Virus record (IMG/VR): IMGVR_UViG_3300037258_001195
Span: 1 to 64,000 of that record
From: a virus
DNA: 64,000 bases
Reading direction: 5' to 3' (one strand)
In this document: positions 25,313 to 35,256 of the stretch, in pieces
Numbering within the stretch: position 1 is the first letter of the stretch
How the letters are laid out: every line of letters starts with the position of its first letter
Notes under the pieces: generated by a model
The model's database searches: none
Seen by the model: the letters and a program-made list of their open reading frames with translations, nothing else
What the model was told of the DNA's origin: nothing
Position numbers and translations under genes: made by a program

Positions 25313-26112
25313 TATGCCGGCTCCATCGACCGGATCATCTGGAAATCCGATGAAAGGCTCGGGTCCGCCGCGTAGTCGTAGGGCAGCCAAAATGAACCGT
25401 GCAGGCCCCAACCAGCCCCCCAGCTATTGTTGATGAGGAAATACCGGCTCGGATCGTCGTACCACACCGCGACGATCGCGTGACCGCCCAACACCGGCTC
25501 ACCCGGCTGCGGCATCGGCACGGGGGCGCCCCGCGCGCAGTCGGCGCCGTCGAGCGCGGCGAATACGGAGATGCCGAACGCGACCGGATACTTGGCGTTG
25601 AGACAGGCCCGGATGTAATTGATGTCCTGCGGGACAGCCGATCGGTCTATCGCCTGGTCTTTGAGCGCCGCCGCATAGCAGTTGTCGGCGGGCCTGACGA
25701 GCACCTTGGACGGATCGAACGGCCAGCCGTCATCACCATCCTCAAAGCACACGCCCTGCGTCGAGATCGCCTCGAATACGTCGCCGATGATGGCCCCGGA
25801 ATCGCTGCCCTGATTTCCCCGTGCCATGCGACCATCGTAATACGCCATGAGGCGAGCCGGCGTGCGGCCCGCGTCGGGAAGGTTCTGCATCGCCCGGTCA
25901 TAGGCGACACAGCGGGCCGCGGCGTGCCCCGTACAGCTCGACGTTTGTCCCTGATCCCATATCGGCGGCAGGAACCCCGTCTGACAGATGCCGCCCGACG
26001 ACGGCAACGCCCCGACCGGCTCTGCCGAGGCAAAGCGTTTCAGACGCAGATGATCGGGGCCAGCCGGGCGCCAGCCCATACCGCGCCCGTTGGGCGTGAC
26101 AAGATCAGGCAT
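25312..26112 (-). CDS. Papain-like cysteine peptidase (family C1A)
   Basis: DQGQTSSC, GGHAI, NSWG..WG..G. Confidence 0.92.
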   Translation of the reverse strand: MPDLVTPNGRGMGWRPAGPDHLRLKRFASAEPVGALPSSGGICQTGFLPPIWDQGQTSSCTGHAAARCVAYDRAMQNLPDAGRTPARLMAYYDGRMARGNQGSDSGAIIGDVFEAISTQGVCFEDGDDGWPFDPSKVLVRPADNCYAAALKDQAIDRSAVPQDINYIRACLNAKYPVAFGISVFAALDGADCARGAPVPMPQPGEPVLGGHAIVAVWYDDPSRYFLINNSWGAGWGLHGSFWLPYDYAADPSLSSDFQMIRSMEPA

Positions 26113-26170
26113 CGATTTTGCCTTTCTAAAGGGAGGTGGATTTGATATGGATCAGGGGCTGCGGCAGCGC

Positions 26171-26305
26171 CTACCGCGCCGCACCCATCGCGCAATGTGC
26201 TGGCGTGGCCCCATCGACGAAAAAGCAGTCAAGGGTCGAGACACAGCCCGAAAGTGCAAGTCCGAGGATAGCGATCGCGAGGGCGCGGCCGAAAAAGCGC
26301 ATCAT
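26171..26305 (-). CDS. Small lipoprotein
   Basis: MMRFFGRALAIAILGLALSGC lipobox. Confidence 0.55.
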   Translation of the reverse strand: MMRFFGRALAIAILGLALSGCVSTLDCFFVDGATPAHCAMGAAR

Positions 26306-26526
26306 TGGGTTTCCCTCATGTTTCGGGCGATCAGCCCAATGATGCCCACGCCGGCTATCCACAACAGACTCGGAGACCATTCGATGAACCACGGCATTGC
26401 CGGGTATGCGCCCGACCACACCATCGCCCAGAGTCCTATCTGCCAGAAGGACGCCATGTAGTAGGCGAACACGATCCAGAACAGCACCATCTCGATCGTC
26501 GTACCGAGGCACTCGTTGTCCTGCAT
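26302..26526 (-). CDS. Small membrane protein
   Basis: Trp-rich hydrophobic segments; coupled start/stop. Confidence 0.6.
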   Translation of the reverse strand: MQDNECLGTTIEMVLFWIVFAYYMASFWQIGLWAMVWSGAYPAMPWFIEWSPSLLWIAGVGIIGLIARNMRETQ

Positions 26527-26780
26527 CACGGCAACATCTTCGGGATTGGTATGTAGTGGCTGGGCCGGTTGATCTCGGCGTCTTCCCAGCCCGTGACGAC
26601 CCACCGGTCATGCTTGTCGGACCAGCGACCCTTTGCGGCCCACCAGAGGCCGTAGTGCGTTCCGGGGCCGTCATCGTCACCCTGTAGCCGCGTGCAGCCG
26701 TCAGCGCCGATCCACCCATAGCGGATGAGGATAAGCGGCTCGCCGTCATGCCTCGGGGCATCCGCTATCGGGATCATCAT
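26526..26780 (-). CDS. DUF551-like phage hypothetical protein
   Basis: PIADAPRHDG...PSHYIPIP pattern. Confidence 0.6.
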   Translation of the reverse strand: MMIPIADAPRHDGEPLILIRYGWIGADGCTRLQGDDDGPGTHYGLWWAAKGRWSDKHDRWVVTGWEDAEINRPSHYIPIPKMLP

Positions 26781-26784
26781 TCGA

Positions 26785-26961
26785 TCACCTTCGGCCAAGG
26801 TCTTCGATCTCAACGATGCGATGTTGCGGGTAGAAGCGGATCGCTGCCTGTTCGGCCCAGCCGCAATAGATCCAAACACCTTCGATAGTCTGTCGCCGCA
26901 ATTCTCCTCGGATCGTCTGATCAGGGTCGCGAAGTGTTGCGACAACATTGTTTCCCAACAT
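26785..26961 (-). CDS. Hypothetical protein (58 aa, not in ORF track)
   Basis: GGAG-spaced ATG; MLGNNVVATLRD...EDLGRR; fills an operon gap. Confidence 0.5.
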   Translation of the reverse strand: MLGNNVVATLRDPDQTIRGELRRQTIEGVWIYCGWAEQAAIRFYPQHRIVEIEDLGRR

Positions 26962-26962
26962 G

Positions 26963-27259
26963 TTAGGCTCCGTGCAGGTGGGCCAGCGCCGCAGCGGACA
27001 GCCGGTCGGGTGGGGTCAGCTCGGGAGGGAGTGCCGGTTTCCACAGCAGCGCGCGCTGCTGTGGGATTGGGCCGCGCGAGGTGTGAACCGTCGTCGAACC
27101 GCGCTCGATCCACGATATCCAACGGTTCTCGGGAGGCGGATCGTCGCGCCATCCGAGAGCGATGAGCCGGGCATATCCGTCGTACAGGCACCCGATCGCT
27201 TGCCTGTCGTCAGGATAAGCTTCCGCGCGGCGGAGTTCCTGTTGGTCGAGGTAGCTCAT
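26963..27259 (-). CDS. Hypothetical phage protein
   Basis: ATGA overlap with upstream lipoprotein gene; RLIALGWRD. Confidence 0.55.
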   Translation of the reverse strand: MSYLDQQELRRAEAYPDDRQAIGCLYDGYARLIALGWRDDPPPENRWISWIERGSTTVHTSRGPIPQQRALLWKPALPPELTPPDRLSAAALAHLHGA

Positions 27260-27522
27260 TGGCACAAGTCCTGTACCGCGAGCCCCATGTGATTGAGGGC
27301 GTCGCGGTATTTCTGGTATTTCTCGGGCACGAGGTCGCCGAGCGGGCCGTTGACCAACGCCAGGAACTTCGGGTCGAGCGTGCACGCCTTGGGCGGAGCA
27401 CACGAATAACCGGCTGGCGGATCGGGCGGGCAGATTTGCACCATAGCGACGGGCGTCACCACGGGCTGCTGGCCCGCGCAGCCGGCCACCACGAGGCAGC
27501 CGGCCACGAGGAACGCGCGCAT
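27256..27522 (-). CDS. Lipoprotein (o-spanin-like)
   Basis: MRAFLVAGCLVVAGC lipobox; Pro/Cys-rich. Confidence 0.7.
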   Translation of the reverse strand: MRAFLVAGCLVVAGCAGQQPVVTPVAMVQICPPDPPAGYSCAPPKACTLDPKFLALVNGPLGDLVPEKYQKYRDALNHMGLAVQDLCQ

Positions 27523-28091
27523 TACCGACCGGCCAGGCGCAGCAGTTCGGCAAGCGCCGCGGCAGACGTGGGATTGGCCCCCGGTGCCGTAGCTGCCATC
27601 CGAGCGGCCGACGTGGGAGCCGGAGTCGGCGGTGTTGCGGCAACGGCGATCGTCTTCGCCTCGGCCGACAACAGCGATACGGCGAAATTCAGCATCGCCT
27701 CGATCGCAGGAAGCGCGGCGATCACCAAAGCGAGGATGCCGCCACCGGGGATCAGCGAGACGAACGGCAGCACATCGGGAGCGATGGCGTTGACGTAGCC
27801 CTCGATCTGGATCAGGGTCGATTGCCCCTGCGTCGCCGTAGCGGCAGCGGAGATATCATTGCCGGCTGCGGAGATCGCGGTGATTGCGGTGCTCACCGTC
27901 GTCACCGTGGCACCGCTGAGCCCCGCCTTGGTGAGCTGCGGCATCGCTAGAACGATATCTTGCCCGACCGATTGCAGAGCTGCGACGAAGGCCGGAATCG
28001 CCGCCGGTCCCGAACATCCGTCCAAGAGCATAGCGACCGGGACGATAGAGGTGGCAGTCAGCAAGCGGCGGCGAGTGATGATCATGTTCAT
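27522..28091 (-). CDS. Tat lipoprotein with internal hydrophobic segment
   Basis: ITRRRLL twin-Arg; LDGC lipobox; VLPFVSLIPGGGILALVIAALP. Confidence 0.75.
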   Translation of the reverse strand: MNMIITRRRLLTATSIVPVAMLLDGCSGPAAIPAFVAALQSVGQDIVLAMPQLTKAGLSGATVTTVSTAITAISAAGNDISAAATATQGQSTLIQIEGYVNAIAPDVLPFVSLIPGGGILALVIAALPAIEAMLNFAVSLLSAEAKTIAVAATPPTPAPTSAARMAATAPGANPTSAAALAELLRLAGR

Positions 28092-28102
28092 GGGTTTTCT
28101 CC

Positions 28103-28381
28103 TTAGACGGGTTTAACGGGCGCGCCGGCTTTCGCCGAAGCGACTGCCACCGCATGCGTAGTCGAAGCGTGCTGAAATTCAGACCAAATTCCCCAACCAA
28201 ATCCAACAAGGGTTGAGATCGCCCCCGCGACATTTGCAAGGGTACTTTGGTCGTTAAGCGCCGCGGGCAACGTCAGGCCCAAAACTCCCGCAATCAGAAC
28301 TACCCCCTGAAGGACCGACAGCACCAATTTTGTCGGTGCCGGGTTCGGCGTAGACGGAACTACAACCGTCGTATCAGTCAT
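28103..28381 (-). CDS. Holin (2 TM)
   Basis: Two TM segments; overlaps endolysin stop. Confidence 0.75.
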   Translation of the reverse strand: MTDTTVVVPSTPNPAPTKLVLSVLQGVVLIAGVLGLTLPAALNDQSTLANVAGAISTLVGFGWGIWSEFQHASTTHAVAVASAKAGAPVKPV

Positions 28382-29048
28382 TATCCTGTTCCTCTTCCGT
28401 CAAATGAGCACGTATTGTGTTGGGATTATCCGCGGTAGACGCGCCCGGCACCGCAAAACGACTATACGCTCGCTCCAAGAGATTAGCATAAGTACTGACC
28501 TGCCCGCTTCCATTATACAGAAGCGCCACACGACTCCAATTTCTCTCCTGCAGCGGCTCAACGATTCCGACATTTTCACAGAAAAGTCCAAATGCGCTTA
28601 GATGAAACTTCTCATCGGCGCAAAACTCATAGATCATATCATCAATAGACGAATAACCGCCCGCGCGAAAATTCAGACCCATTAACTGATATCGACCCCA
28701 AGATGCCGCTTCAAGCGCTGCGTCGTGATCTAAGGTCATTGCCTCCGCAAGCCGGTCGTATTGGTGCGCGCCGGAAGCGCCATAGTTCCGAACCCAACTT
28801 GACGTCGAGATTCCCGGATGACTTCCGTCGAACTTTCCCCGTGTCAAGACATGAAATTGATGACTTTCGAAGAGAATCTTCGGTCGATTGTCGGGAAGAA
28901 ATCCACTGCCGCCGCTCTCGACAGAATCAATCGCCCGTATCATCGCAACCTCACACTCAAGCTGTGAGGACTCCGCAGCTAGATCATCATCGGTTAACCG
29001 TATTGCCGCCCCGATAAAACCGTTGGGAATGGTATAATTGCTGGTCAT
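28374..29048 (-). CDS. N-acetylmuramidase endolysin (DUF3380)
   Basis: VESGGSGF, PKILFESH, ASWGRYQLMG.N, YNG. Confidence 0.9.
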   Translation of the reverse strand: MTSNYTIPNGFIGAAIRLTDDDLAAESSQLECEVAMIRAIDSVESGGSGFLPDNRPKILFESHQFHVLTRGKFDGSHPGISTSSWVRNYGASGAHQYDRLAEAMTLDHDAALEAASWGRYQLMGLNFRAGGYSSIDDMIYEFCADEKFHLSAFGLFCENVGIVEPLQERNWSRVALLYNGSGQVSTYANLLERAYSRFAVPGASTADNPNTIRAHLTEEEQDND

Positions 29049-29050
29049 AT

Positions 29051-29590
29051 CTACTCTCCCTTCTCTGCTTTCTTGCGGCGCTCAATAATCTGATCGCCCT
29101 CGTCGAAGATATCCTGGAGTTTCTTCGCCAGATCAGAATCAACCGTCATTAGTTCGTCGAGTGGAAATGGCGTGATCGGCAACGCGAGCGCGGCCTTTAT
29201 ACGGACATCGGCGCCCCACACCAGGATATTGTCTATCATATGGCGCAACTTAGAATTTCCCTTCTCACTCAACCTAACCGATTCAATCAGCTTAGACACA
29301 TCATCGCGTAAATTCACGATAATCCGCTCATTCCGCTCATCAGACTCAATTCGCCATTGGCGCTGCTTGTCTGCGTCGCGTTGGAGGTTGTCGATGAGCC
29401 GTTGCGTGTCTTCCGAAAGCTGTTCGTGCTTAATATTTTCCGCTTCTTGCCTTCCAACGAAAATTCTCTGTAAAACATTCAGACGACTTAATAACAGAAA
29501 TATCGCCCCGAACACCAGTGCCCATATCCAGCCGAATTTATCGACCAAACTTCCTAGCGCGTTCCATCCCTGATCTTCCATTTCGGCCAC
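29051..29590 (-). CDS. N-terminal TM plus coiled-coil protein (lysis-associated)
   Basis: One TM then heptad region; before endolysin. Confidence 0.7.
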   Translation of the reverse strand: MAEMEDQGWNALGSLVDKFGWIWALVFGAIFLLLSRLNVLQRIFVGRQEAENIKHEQLSEDTQRLIDNLQRDADKQRQWRIESDERNERIIVNLRDDVSKLIESVRLSEKGNSKLRHMIDNILVWGADVRIKAALALPITPFPLDELMTVDSDLAKKLQDIFDEGDQIIERRKKAEKGE

Positions 29591-29593
29591 ATC

Positions 29594-30013
29594 TTAGGAC
29601 TTGAACATAGACGCAACGTAGAGATTTCCCCCGATCATAAGAACACACGGCCAAGACAGGAGTAATAGTCCCGCCGCCACAACGGACACGCCAATGTAAA
29701 TCCAGACAATTCCCGAAGCAACTGCTGCTAGACGAGCACATGGACGTGCAATCTGAGTAACAAGCGTTGATAGTTGAAATATACCGACTAGGAGAAGTGA
29801 CAAGAACCACGTCAATGGAATAGCAATAGCAGCAAAATGGGGAATCTTCAACAAATAATCTCTCATCGCCATCCCTTCGGGAAATAGCAAAAACGTAAAT
29901 GCCATCCCCAAAGAGCCAACAGTCAAAAGCCACTCAATCGAGCATCGCGACAACGCACACGGACCTAATTTATCTCGTGGCATGATTGCCTCCCCAATCG
30001 CGGTCATATACAT
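29594..30013 (-). CDS. Multi-TM membrane protein
   Basis: About four hydrophobic segments; GGAGGA RBS. Confidence 0.7.
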   Translation of the reverse strand: MYMTAIGEAIMPRDKLGPCALSRCSIEWLLTVGSLGMAFTFLLFPEGMAMRDYLLKIPHFAAIAIPLTWFLSLLLVGIFQLSTLVTQIARPCARLAAVASGIVWIYIGVSVVAAGLLLLSWPCVLMIGGNLYVASMFKS

Positions 30014-30024
30014 CCTCCCTCAAC

Positions 30025-32388
30025 TTACGACGTTCCAGCTAAGTTGCCGGTCAAATTTGCCAACGTAGCATCAGTTCGATTCGGGACAATCGAAAGAATA
30101 TCACCGGGAACAAAACTCTCAGCAGTTCCGGTAAAGGTGGCATCTGTATCGGTGGCAAGAATAGTCATGGTGCCGAAATTAGTCCCATTCTTATTTATAT
30201 CAAATGTTGTATCTGCCGTTGCAGCGGTTCCCGCCGTACAGACGCTTCCGGAGAGATTTAAGGGAAAATTGTCCGCTGCCCCGAAAGTATAATTTAAAAT
30301 CGGCGTTCCACTATGCGGAATTCCACCGAACGAGAACGGAATATTAACCGGATTGACTCCGCCCGCTCCCGTCAACGTGTACGTGAAGGCGGTTACTGTT
30401 GATAGGTCCTGGGTTGAATTCAAAAACTCATTGAAGCTCTGTAGTTTCACGAAAATTGTTGACCCAACAAGGTTGGAATTATAGTTATATTTCACAACGC
30501 CAATTGGATCGGTTTGAATTCCAATATAAGCAAATTGCGACCCGCTAGAGTGCGAGCCAGGAGTGGTCCCAAATAGACCCCTATACAAGGTCGTAATGTC
30601 ATATTTCGACGTAGCTGTTAAAGTTGCTGTTTCATACGAGAGCAATTCTTCATCGCAATAACACAACGTAACCCCGCTCGCAGCATCGCTAGACGAGGCA
30701 GATGTAATCACCCCGTTGCTTTCAGAGATATCAATTTTCAACGTATGTGTCGTATCAGGATTCGCGCCACTATGCGCTAGGAGCGCTGCTGTTAGGACTC
30801 CCTGCCTGAGCCCTGTATAAAGTGTCCCAATATTAGCATACGTACTGCCATCGGTCGAGACATTAACAATACAGCCACCCCAATCTGGACCACCTGAAGC
30901 ACAAATCCACGCTTGGTTCTGCCCCGACGACAGCGGCGCATTAGGCTCAAAGATAATCGGAGAGTTTGTATCCCCCGGGTCGACAAACACATTTGGCGTC
31001 TGAGAGCTTGGTGGAGACATAGAAAACACCGGCGTACTTGACACAACTGTCGGAATCTCTTCCGCCTCGAAGCTCAACTCTCCATTGTCGTTTTCACTAA
31101 TCGACGTAATTCGCACCGGTGTATTAGACAACCCCGCATTGACATCGGTTAATTCAACGATATCCATTGGGTCCAGAAGCGCGAATATCCAGCCCAATTG
31201 AAACTTATATGTGTTTCGGACGTTTTGTTTTCTTTGCACCTGGATTGTTGCCGACGCAAAAGCCGACACTAAATTCGTCATAGAATGGGCTTCTTTTGTC
31301 GCCTCATTCCTGACTCCCGGCCCACCCGTCTCCGCCGCAACGCTGTCGATGGCCCCTTGATCGAAAAAATTGGTAATATTCGCGTTATAGGAGTTACTTG
31401 AGTCCAGGTACTCAAGTGCTAACCAATTAGTCGCTAATGTTGGATCACTTCGAGTTGTAATAACCGGATCGCTATCGCCGCCCCAGTCAATAAAATCCCG
31501 ATCCGAGAGAGTATATTGAACAGTTAGATTTGGGGTCCAAGATCCTCCAAATCCACTATACGGCGACACAGCATATGGAACAACCTTTAACAATGCACTG
31601 GACCAAAATGGCGCCGCTACTGTAAGATCGCAAATCTCCTCTATCCAACGGGCGGCTGGCTGGCATCGGTCGAGAATCATCGACATTGCCAACCCGGCGG
31701 CCTGACAGTAGTTGCCAAAATCTGCCAGTGTCCCTGCACTATCGACATTCGCCGCTGGAAATCCTGCACCATACCTAGCATTCGTGCATAGATCAACTAT
31801 GATCCCAGACGGTCGGGCGTCGTCGGGAAAACTACTCCCCATCGATCCCGCAAGAGTTCCAGTTATTTCAAAACTAACATTCGGGAGCGTTGGCGCTTGA
31901 CCGAGCTGAAGCGGCGTTCCGGTTACGTAGCACGTTCCCGAATATCCAATAACAGGTTGATTGGGATCTTTTGCCACAAATGTCGAATCTGCCGCCTGCC
32001 CATCTGACCCGCCGTATGCATTTAAGCCAACCGCACCAGGTCCATAGGCAATTCCGTCATTGGCCCAAATTCGATTTTCCCCTCCAACTCCATATTGCGC
32101 GCCGGTAAAGCCGGCTGGACCTTGACAAATTCCAAACGCAGTGTAGACAGAATACGTCGCCGCCTTTTTCCCACCAGACTTTCCGATCGCTCCGCCTTTA
32201 CCGCCCTTAGACCCGGCGCCGTTGAAGTCCCAAAGTTCAAGAACATTAATTGAAACTCGTTGCGTACCATATACGATTGGAAGGGGTTGACCCTGTTGGG
32301 ACGTATTGTATCTGAGGCTGCCAATTGCCGGCTCCGCGAAAGCATTAACAAACGGCGTTGGCGCGCCACCTTTCCCGACCTCAGGCAT
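30025..32388 (-). CDS. Tail tip/host-specificity protein (unsplit)
   Basis: Homolog of 6386-7741 plus 5533-6384, with an extra C-terminal domain. Confidence 0.88.
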   Translation of the reverse strand: MPEVGKGGAPTPFVNAFAEPAIGSLRYNTSQQGQPLPIVYGTQRVSINVLELWDFNGAGSKGGKGGAIGKSGGKKAATYSVYTAFGICQGPAGFTGAQYGVGGENRIWANDGIAYGPGAVGLNAYGGSDGQAADSTFVAKDPNQPVIGYSGTCYVTGTPLQLGQAPTLPNVSFEITGTLAGSMGSSFPDDARPSGIIVDLCTNARYGAGFPAANVDSAGTLADFGNYCQAAGLAMSMILDRCQPAARWIEEICDLTVAAPFWSSALLKVVPYAVSPYSGFGGSWTPNLTVQYTLSDRDFIDWGGDSDPVITTRSDPTLATNWLALEYLDSSNSYNANITNFFDQGAIDSVAAETGGPGVRNEATKEAHSMTNLVSAFASATIQVQRKQNVRNTYKFQLGWIFALLDPMDIVELTDVNAGLSNTPVRITSISENDNGELSFEAEEIPTVVSSTPVFSMSPPSSQTPNVFVDPGDTNSPIIFEPNAPLSSGQNQAWICASGGPDWGGCIVNVSTDGSTYANIGTLYTGLRQGVLTAALLAHSGANPDTTHTLKIDISESNGVITSASSSDAASGVTLCYCDEELLSYETATLTATSKYDITTLYRGLFGTTPGSHSSGSQFAYIGIQTDPIGVVKYNYNSNLVGSTIFVKLQSFNEFLNSTQDLSTVTAFTYTLTGAGGVNPVNIPFSFGGIPHSGTPILNYTFGAADNFPLNLSGSVCTAGTAATADTTFDINKNGTNFGTMTILATDTDATFTGTAESFVPGDILSIVPNRTDATLANLTGNLAGTS

Positions 32389-32825
32389 CAGGCGTCCTTA
32401 AACGGAGAGTAAAACCGCCGCTCTTTCGTCACCAACGCAGCAAGCCTCTCCGCATCGACCTCAAGAACTTGTCTAGCTCCAATCCACGCATGGACAATAT
32501 TCGGCCATTCAGTCACAATTCCCCCATGAGAGAACAATCGGCCGAACTTATATAGGACTATATCCGCCGGCCCTGGCACCTCAACGCGTTTCGCAAACGT
32601 CTCAACAATAGACAAATACCATTCCTCATCGCGATGAATGGCGAAATCGGGAGAGTAGTGTTTTAGTTTATAATCCAATGGCATATAGCCATGCGCCCCA
32701 TAGACGGCAATTAGGAGCTGACCACAATCCACGCCGGCCCCAAGGACTCGCGCCTCGTGATGAAAGCTAGTCCCAATCCACTTTCGCGCCTCAGAGATAA
32801 TTACCTGCCGTTCAAGGGAAATCAT
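32388..32825 (-). CDS. NlpC/P60 tail peptidase
   Basis: ARKWIGTSFHH...GVDC...SHGGI. Confidence 0.9.
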   Translation of the reverse strand: MISLERQVIISEARKWIGTSFHHEARVLGAGVDCGQLLIAVYGAHGYMPLDYKLKHYSPDFAIHRDEEWYLSIVETFAKRVEVPGPADIVLYKFGRLFSHGGIVTEWPNIVHAWIGARQVLEVDAERLAALVTKERRFYSPFKDA

Positions 32826-32838
32826 ATCTAACCTCGCA

Positions 32839-33813
32839 TTATAAAGCATATTCGGGCGGAGGGACATAATCAAAGCCGCCGTAAAAAGCTAGATTATTCA
32901 ACGTCCCTTGACAAAAGCTCGCCTGATGCGTACAGCCGGGAAGAAGCTGGAACAAGTCCCCCACCATAACCGGATACGGGAAGCCGCGAAGTAATCCAAC
33001 TATTGTTGGGATTCCCACGCTTTGAATTCCGCGCGAAATGCCGGTGTTTTGCCCCGAAAGTCCAGTGCAGGTTCCAAGGGCCATGTACGATGGAACCCCA
33101 ATGGCGTTAATAATATCCGTTTGAGACGACCCAGCAACGGCCTCTATATTAAACGCGCCAACTCCGGTCGGTGTCCCGTTGCCATTATTTCCCGTCACCC
33201 GGTCAAATTTACACATAGCATCCCCGAAGATATGCGTACAGCCGCTTTGAAACAACCTCCGTGGCATCTGCTGTTGTTGGAGCAAATTAATATACGACTT
33301 AATCTTCATCTTAATCACACTGCGGCTAATATCAATGTCCGCGACTTTGCCATAAAACCAAACAATACAACCGAGGTCGGAAACTAAAGGTCCCGCGAAC
33401 CCGTCGCCTCCGGTTGGGATAAAAAATCTATCTACCTCGACCGTTGCCCCGTCAAATCCTCCCGCCTGGGCGAATTGCTGCCAGGTTAGAGTTCCGACCA
33501 TATCCGCTGATTCAGCCGTCGTACTACCGGCAGCGTAGACGTCTAAGTCTAATTCTGCGGGCTCAATTCCCACTTTCGTGTTAACTTTTGTCCGCCCAAA
33601 TCGCGGTCCGCGTGAGAATATGACATTTCCACTCGCGGCATAATTTAAGGGCGATCCGGGAAAATTCGTGGCTGGAATTGTTAGTGTCGATAATGGATAA
33701 TCACATTGACGAAGAACAATCCCTCCCGCAAGCGCAAACGTATATAAGTCACACAACACAACCGTGTCGTTGGAATTGAGATAATTAACCAGCGCTGTCA
33801 AGGCAGGCTTCAC
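32839..33813 (-). CDS. Baseplate hub DUF2163/BR0599
   Basis: CTHIFGDAMC; PGC...GGFDYVPPPE; homolog of 8173-9090. Confidence 0.9.
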   Translation of the reverse strand: MKPALTALVNYLNSNDTVVLCDLYTFALAGGIVLRQCDYPLSTLTIPATNFPGSPLNYAASGNVIFSRGPRFGRTKVNTKVGIEPAELDLDVYAAGSTTAESADMVGTLTWQQFAQAGGFDGATVEVDRFFIPTGGDGFAGPLVSDLGCIVWFYGKVADIDISRSVIKMKIKSYINLLQQQQMPRRLFQSGCTHIFGDAMCKFDRVTGNNGNGTPTGVGAFNIEAVAGSSQTDIINAIGVPSYMALGTCTGLSGQNTGISRGIQSVGIPTIVGLLRGFPYPVMVGDLFQLLPGCTHQASFCQGTLNNLAFYGGFDYVPPPEYAL

Positions 33814-34100
33814 GACACGTCCCCGTCTATAATAGCTCCTGTCCAACCGCAAGGCGGCGGATGTAAGATCCAACCTTTTACGCTTAAGGTCGAGAAATCA
33901 TACCCTGATACGGAATATCTGCTTTGGGGAAACGCCAAGGCGTCGAGTCCCTCATACCAAATCACAATCATCCCACCGCATCGCGGACAATTGAACGAAA
34001 ATCCATTCGCCAAAACTGCATCAATGACACGATCATAATGCAGACTATGAGCCTGTCGACGAAATCGAAGAAATTCCGGACGAAATAATTCTAATCTCAC
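33810..34100 (-). CDS. Small Cys-containing hypothetical protein
   Basis: FNCPRC...CGWTG; coupled between distal tail and hub. Confidence 0.6.
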   Translation of the reverse strand: MRLELFRPEFLRFRRQAHSLHYDRVIDAVLANGFSFNCPRCGGMIVIWYEGLDALAFPQSRYSVSGYDFSTLSVKGWILHPPPCGWTGAIIDGDVS

Positions 34101-34720
34101 AGCAACACCGACTGAAGTTTCAATTCCTGCAACGTCCAAAGTTGCCGCATGAATTGTTCGAAATCCTCCGTATCATCGGCGAATCGACAGATAAAGTAGA
34201 AACTAAATGTTGCAGTAATAGATGCATTGTTCGGGGGAGCGGTTGTAAACGTGACCACGCCAGTTCCAATGTTCACGGTATAGTCGGTAACCGCCAACCC
34301 ATTTACATATATACCCTCAATGACATTTGGAGCCAAAATGGGCTCCGTGAACGACGTTCCTCCATAGTACGTCATAGTCCTGACAAGTTGAAACGCCGTG
34401 AACGTCCCATTTCCCACACCAATCGGCTGCATAGCAATATAATTGTCCGTTTCATCATTAAATAGAAACGGCGACAATGATCCTTGTTGGGCCATAAACA
34501 GGCCCATAAGGACACGTAATTCATCAAATTTATTCTTGTATAATTTTGGCCCCAATCCCCGCAGAAAGTCAAACCGCAATTTAAACAGCCAAGTTGGAAC
34601 TGGTTGATATGTCAGCCTAAGCTCCCTACCACTGACACCTTTTTGGGTCTTAGTTTTGAACTGCGGGGATTTTGTTGTACTGTACGTCAATCCGGGGAGT
34701 GTCGGAAATATTACAGCCAC
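34097..34720 (-). CDS. Distal tail protein DUF2460
   Basis: Homolog of 9087-9683. Confidence 0.9.
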   Translation of the reverse strand: MAVIFPTLPGLTYSTTKSPQFKTKTQKGVSGRELRLTYQPVPTWLFKLRFDFLRGLGPKLYKNKFDELRVLMGLFMAQQGSLSPFLFNDETDNYIAMQPIGVGNGTFTAFQLVRTMTYYGGTSFTEPILAPNVIEGIYVNGLAVTDYTVNIGTGVVTFTTAPPNNASITATFSFYFICRFADDTEDFEQFMRQLWTLQELKLQSVLL

Positions 34721-34743
34721 GGGCAGAGCCTTTCAGACGTGCG

Positions 34744-35256
34744 TTACTTGGATGTCGGGCTCGGCGCAGTTCCATCGTCGAGTAGCGGCCCAAGGTCGGC
34801 GAGCGTGTCGGCGGGGATCGGGTTGTCCTTCTGAAGCTGATCCGCCGGGAGTCGAAACAGATTCATCATCTCGGCAACTCGCTTCTTCAACAGCGCCGTA
34901 GCGTCGGCCTGCGCCTTCGCGGGATCGAGTTTGGCGACACTCTGGATGTTGCTGAGCGCTGCGTCGGAATCCTCGACCGCCGGTTTCAGCGCGTTGAGAT
35001 CATGTGCGATCCACAGCGTCAGGCCAGGACCGAACTTATACGGCTCACTGACGACGTGCTCCTGCCCACCATCCTTCACCGTCCGATCCTGCTTGCCGCC
35101 GAGCGCCCGGAGTGCCTGGAACGCCGACCGCGCTTCGCCATAGGTCATCGGGATGTTCTGAGCCCCCGACGCAGGTGTGGATGCGGGTGCTACGTCATTG
35201 GCGTAGGCAGTCGTCGCCAGGAACGATAGGGCCGCCGCGAGTATAACCCGGTTCAT
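34744..35256 (-). CDS. Secreted helical protein
   Basis: MNRVILAAALSFLATTAYA signal; GGAGG RBS. Confidence 0.7.
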   Translation of the reverse strand: MNRVILAAALSFLATTAYANDVAPASTPASGAQNIPMTYGEARSAFQALRALGGKQDRTVKDGGQEHVVSEPYKFGPGLTLWIAHDLNALKPAVEDSDAALSNIQSVAKLDPAKAQADATALLKKRVAEMMNLFRLPADQLQKDNPIPADTLADLGPLLDDGTAPSPTSK

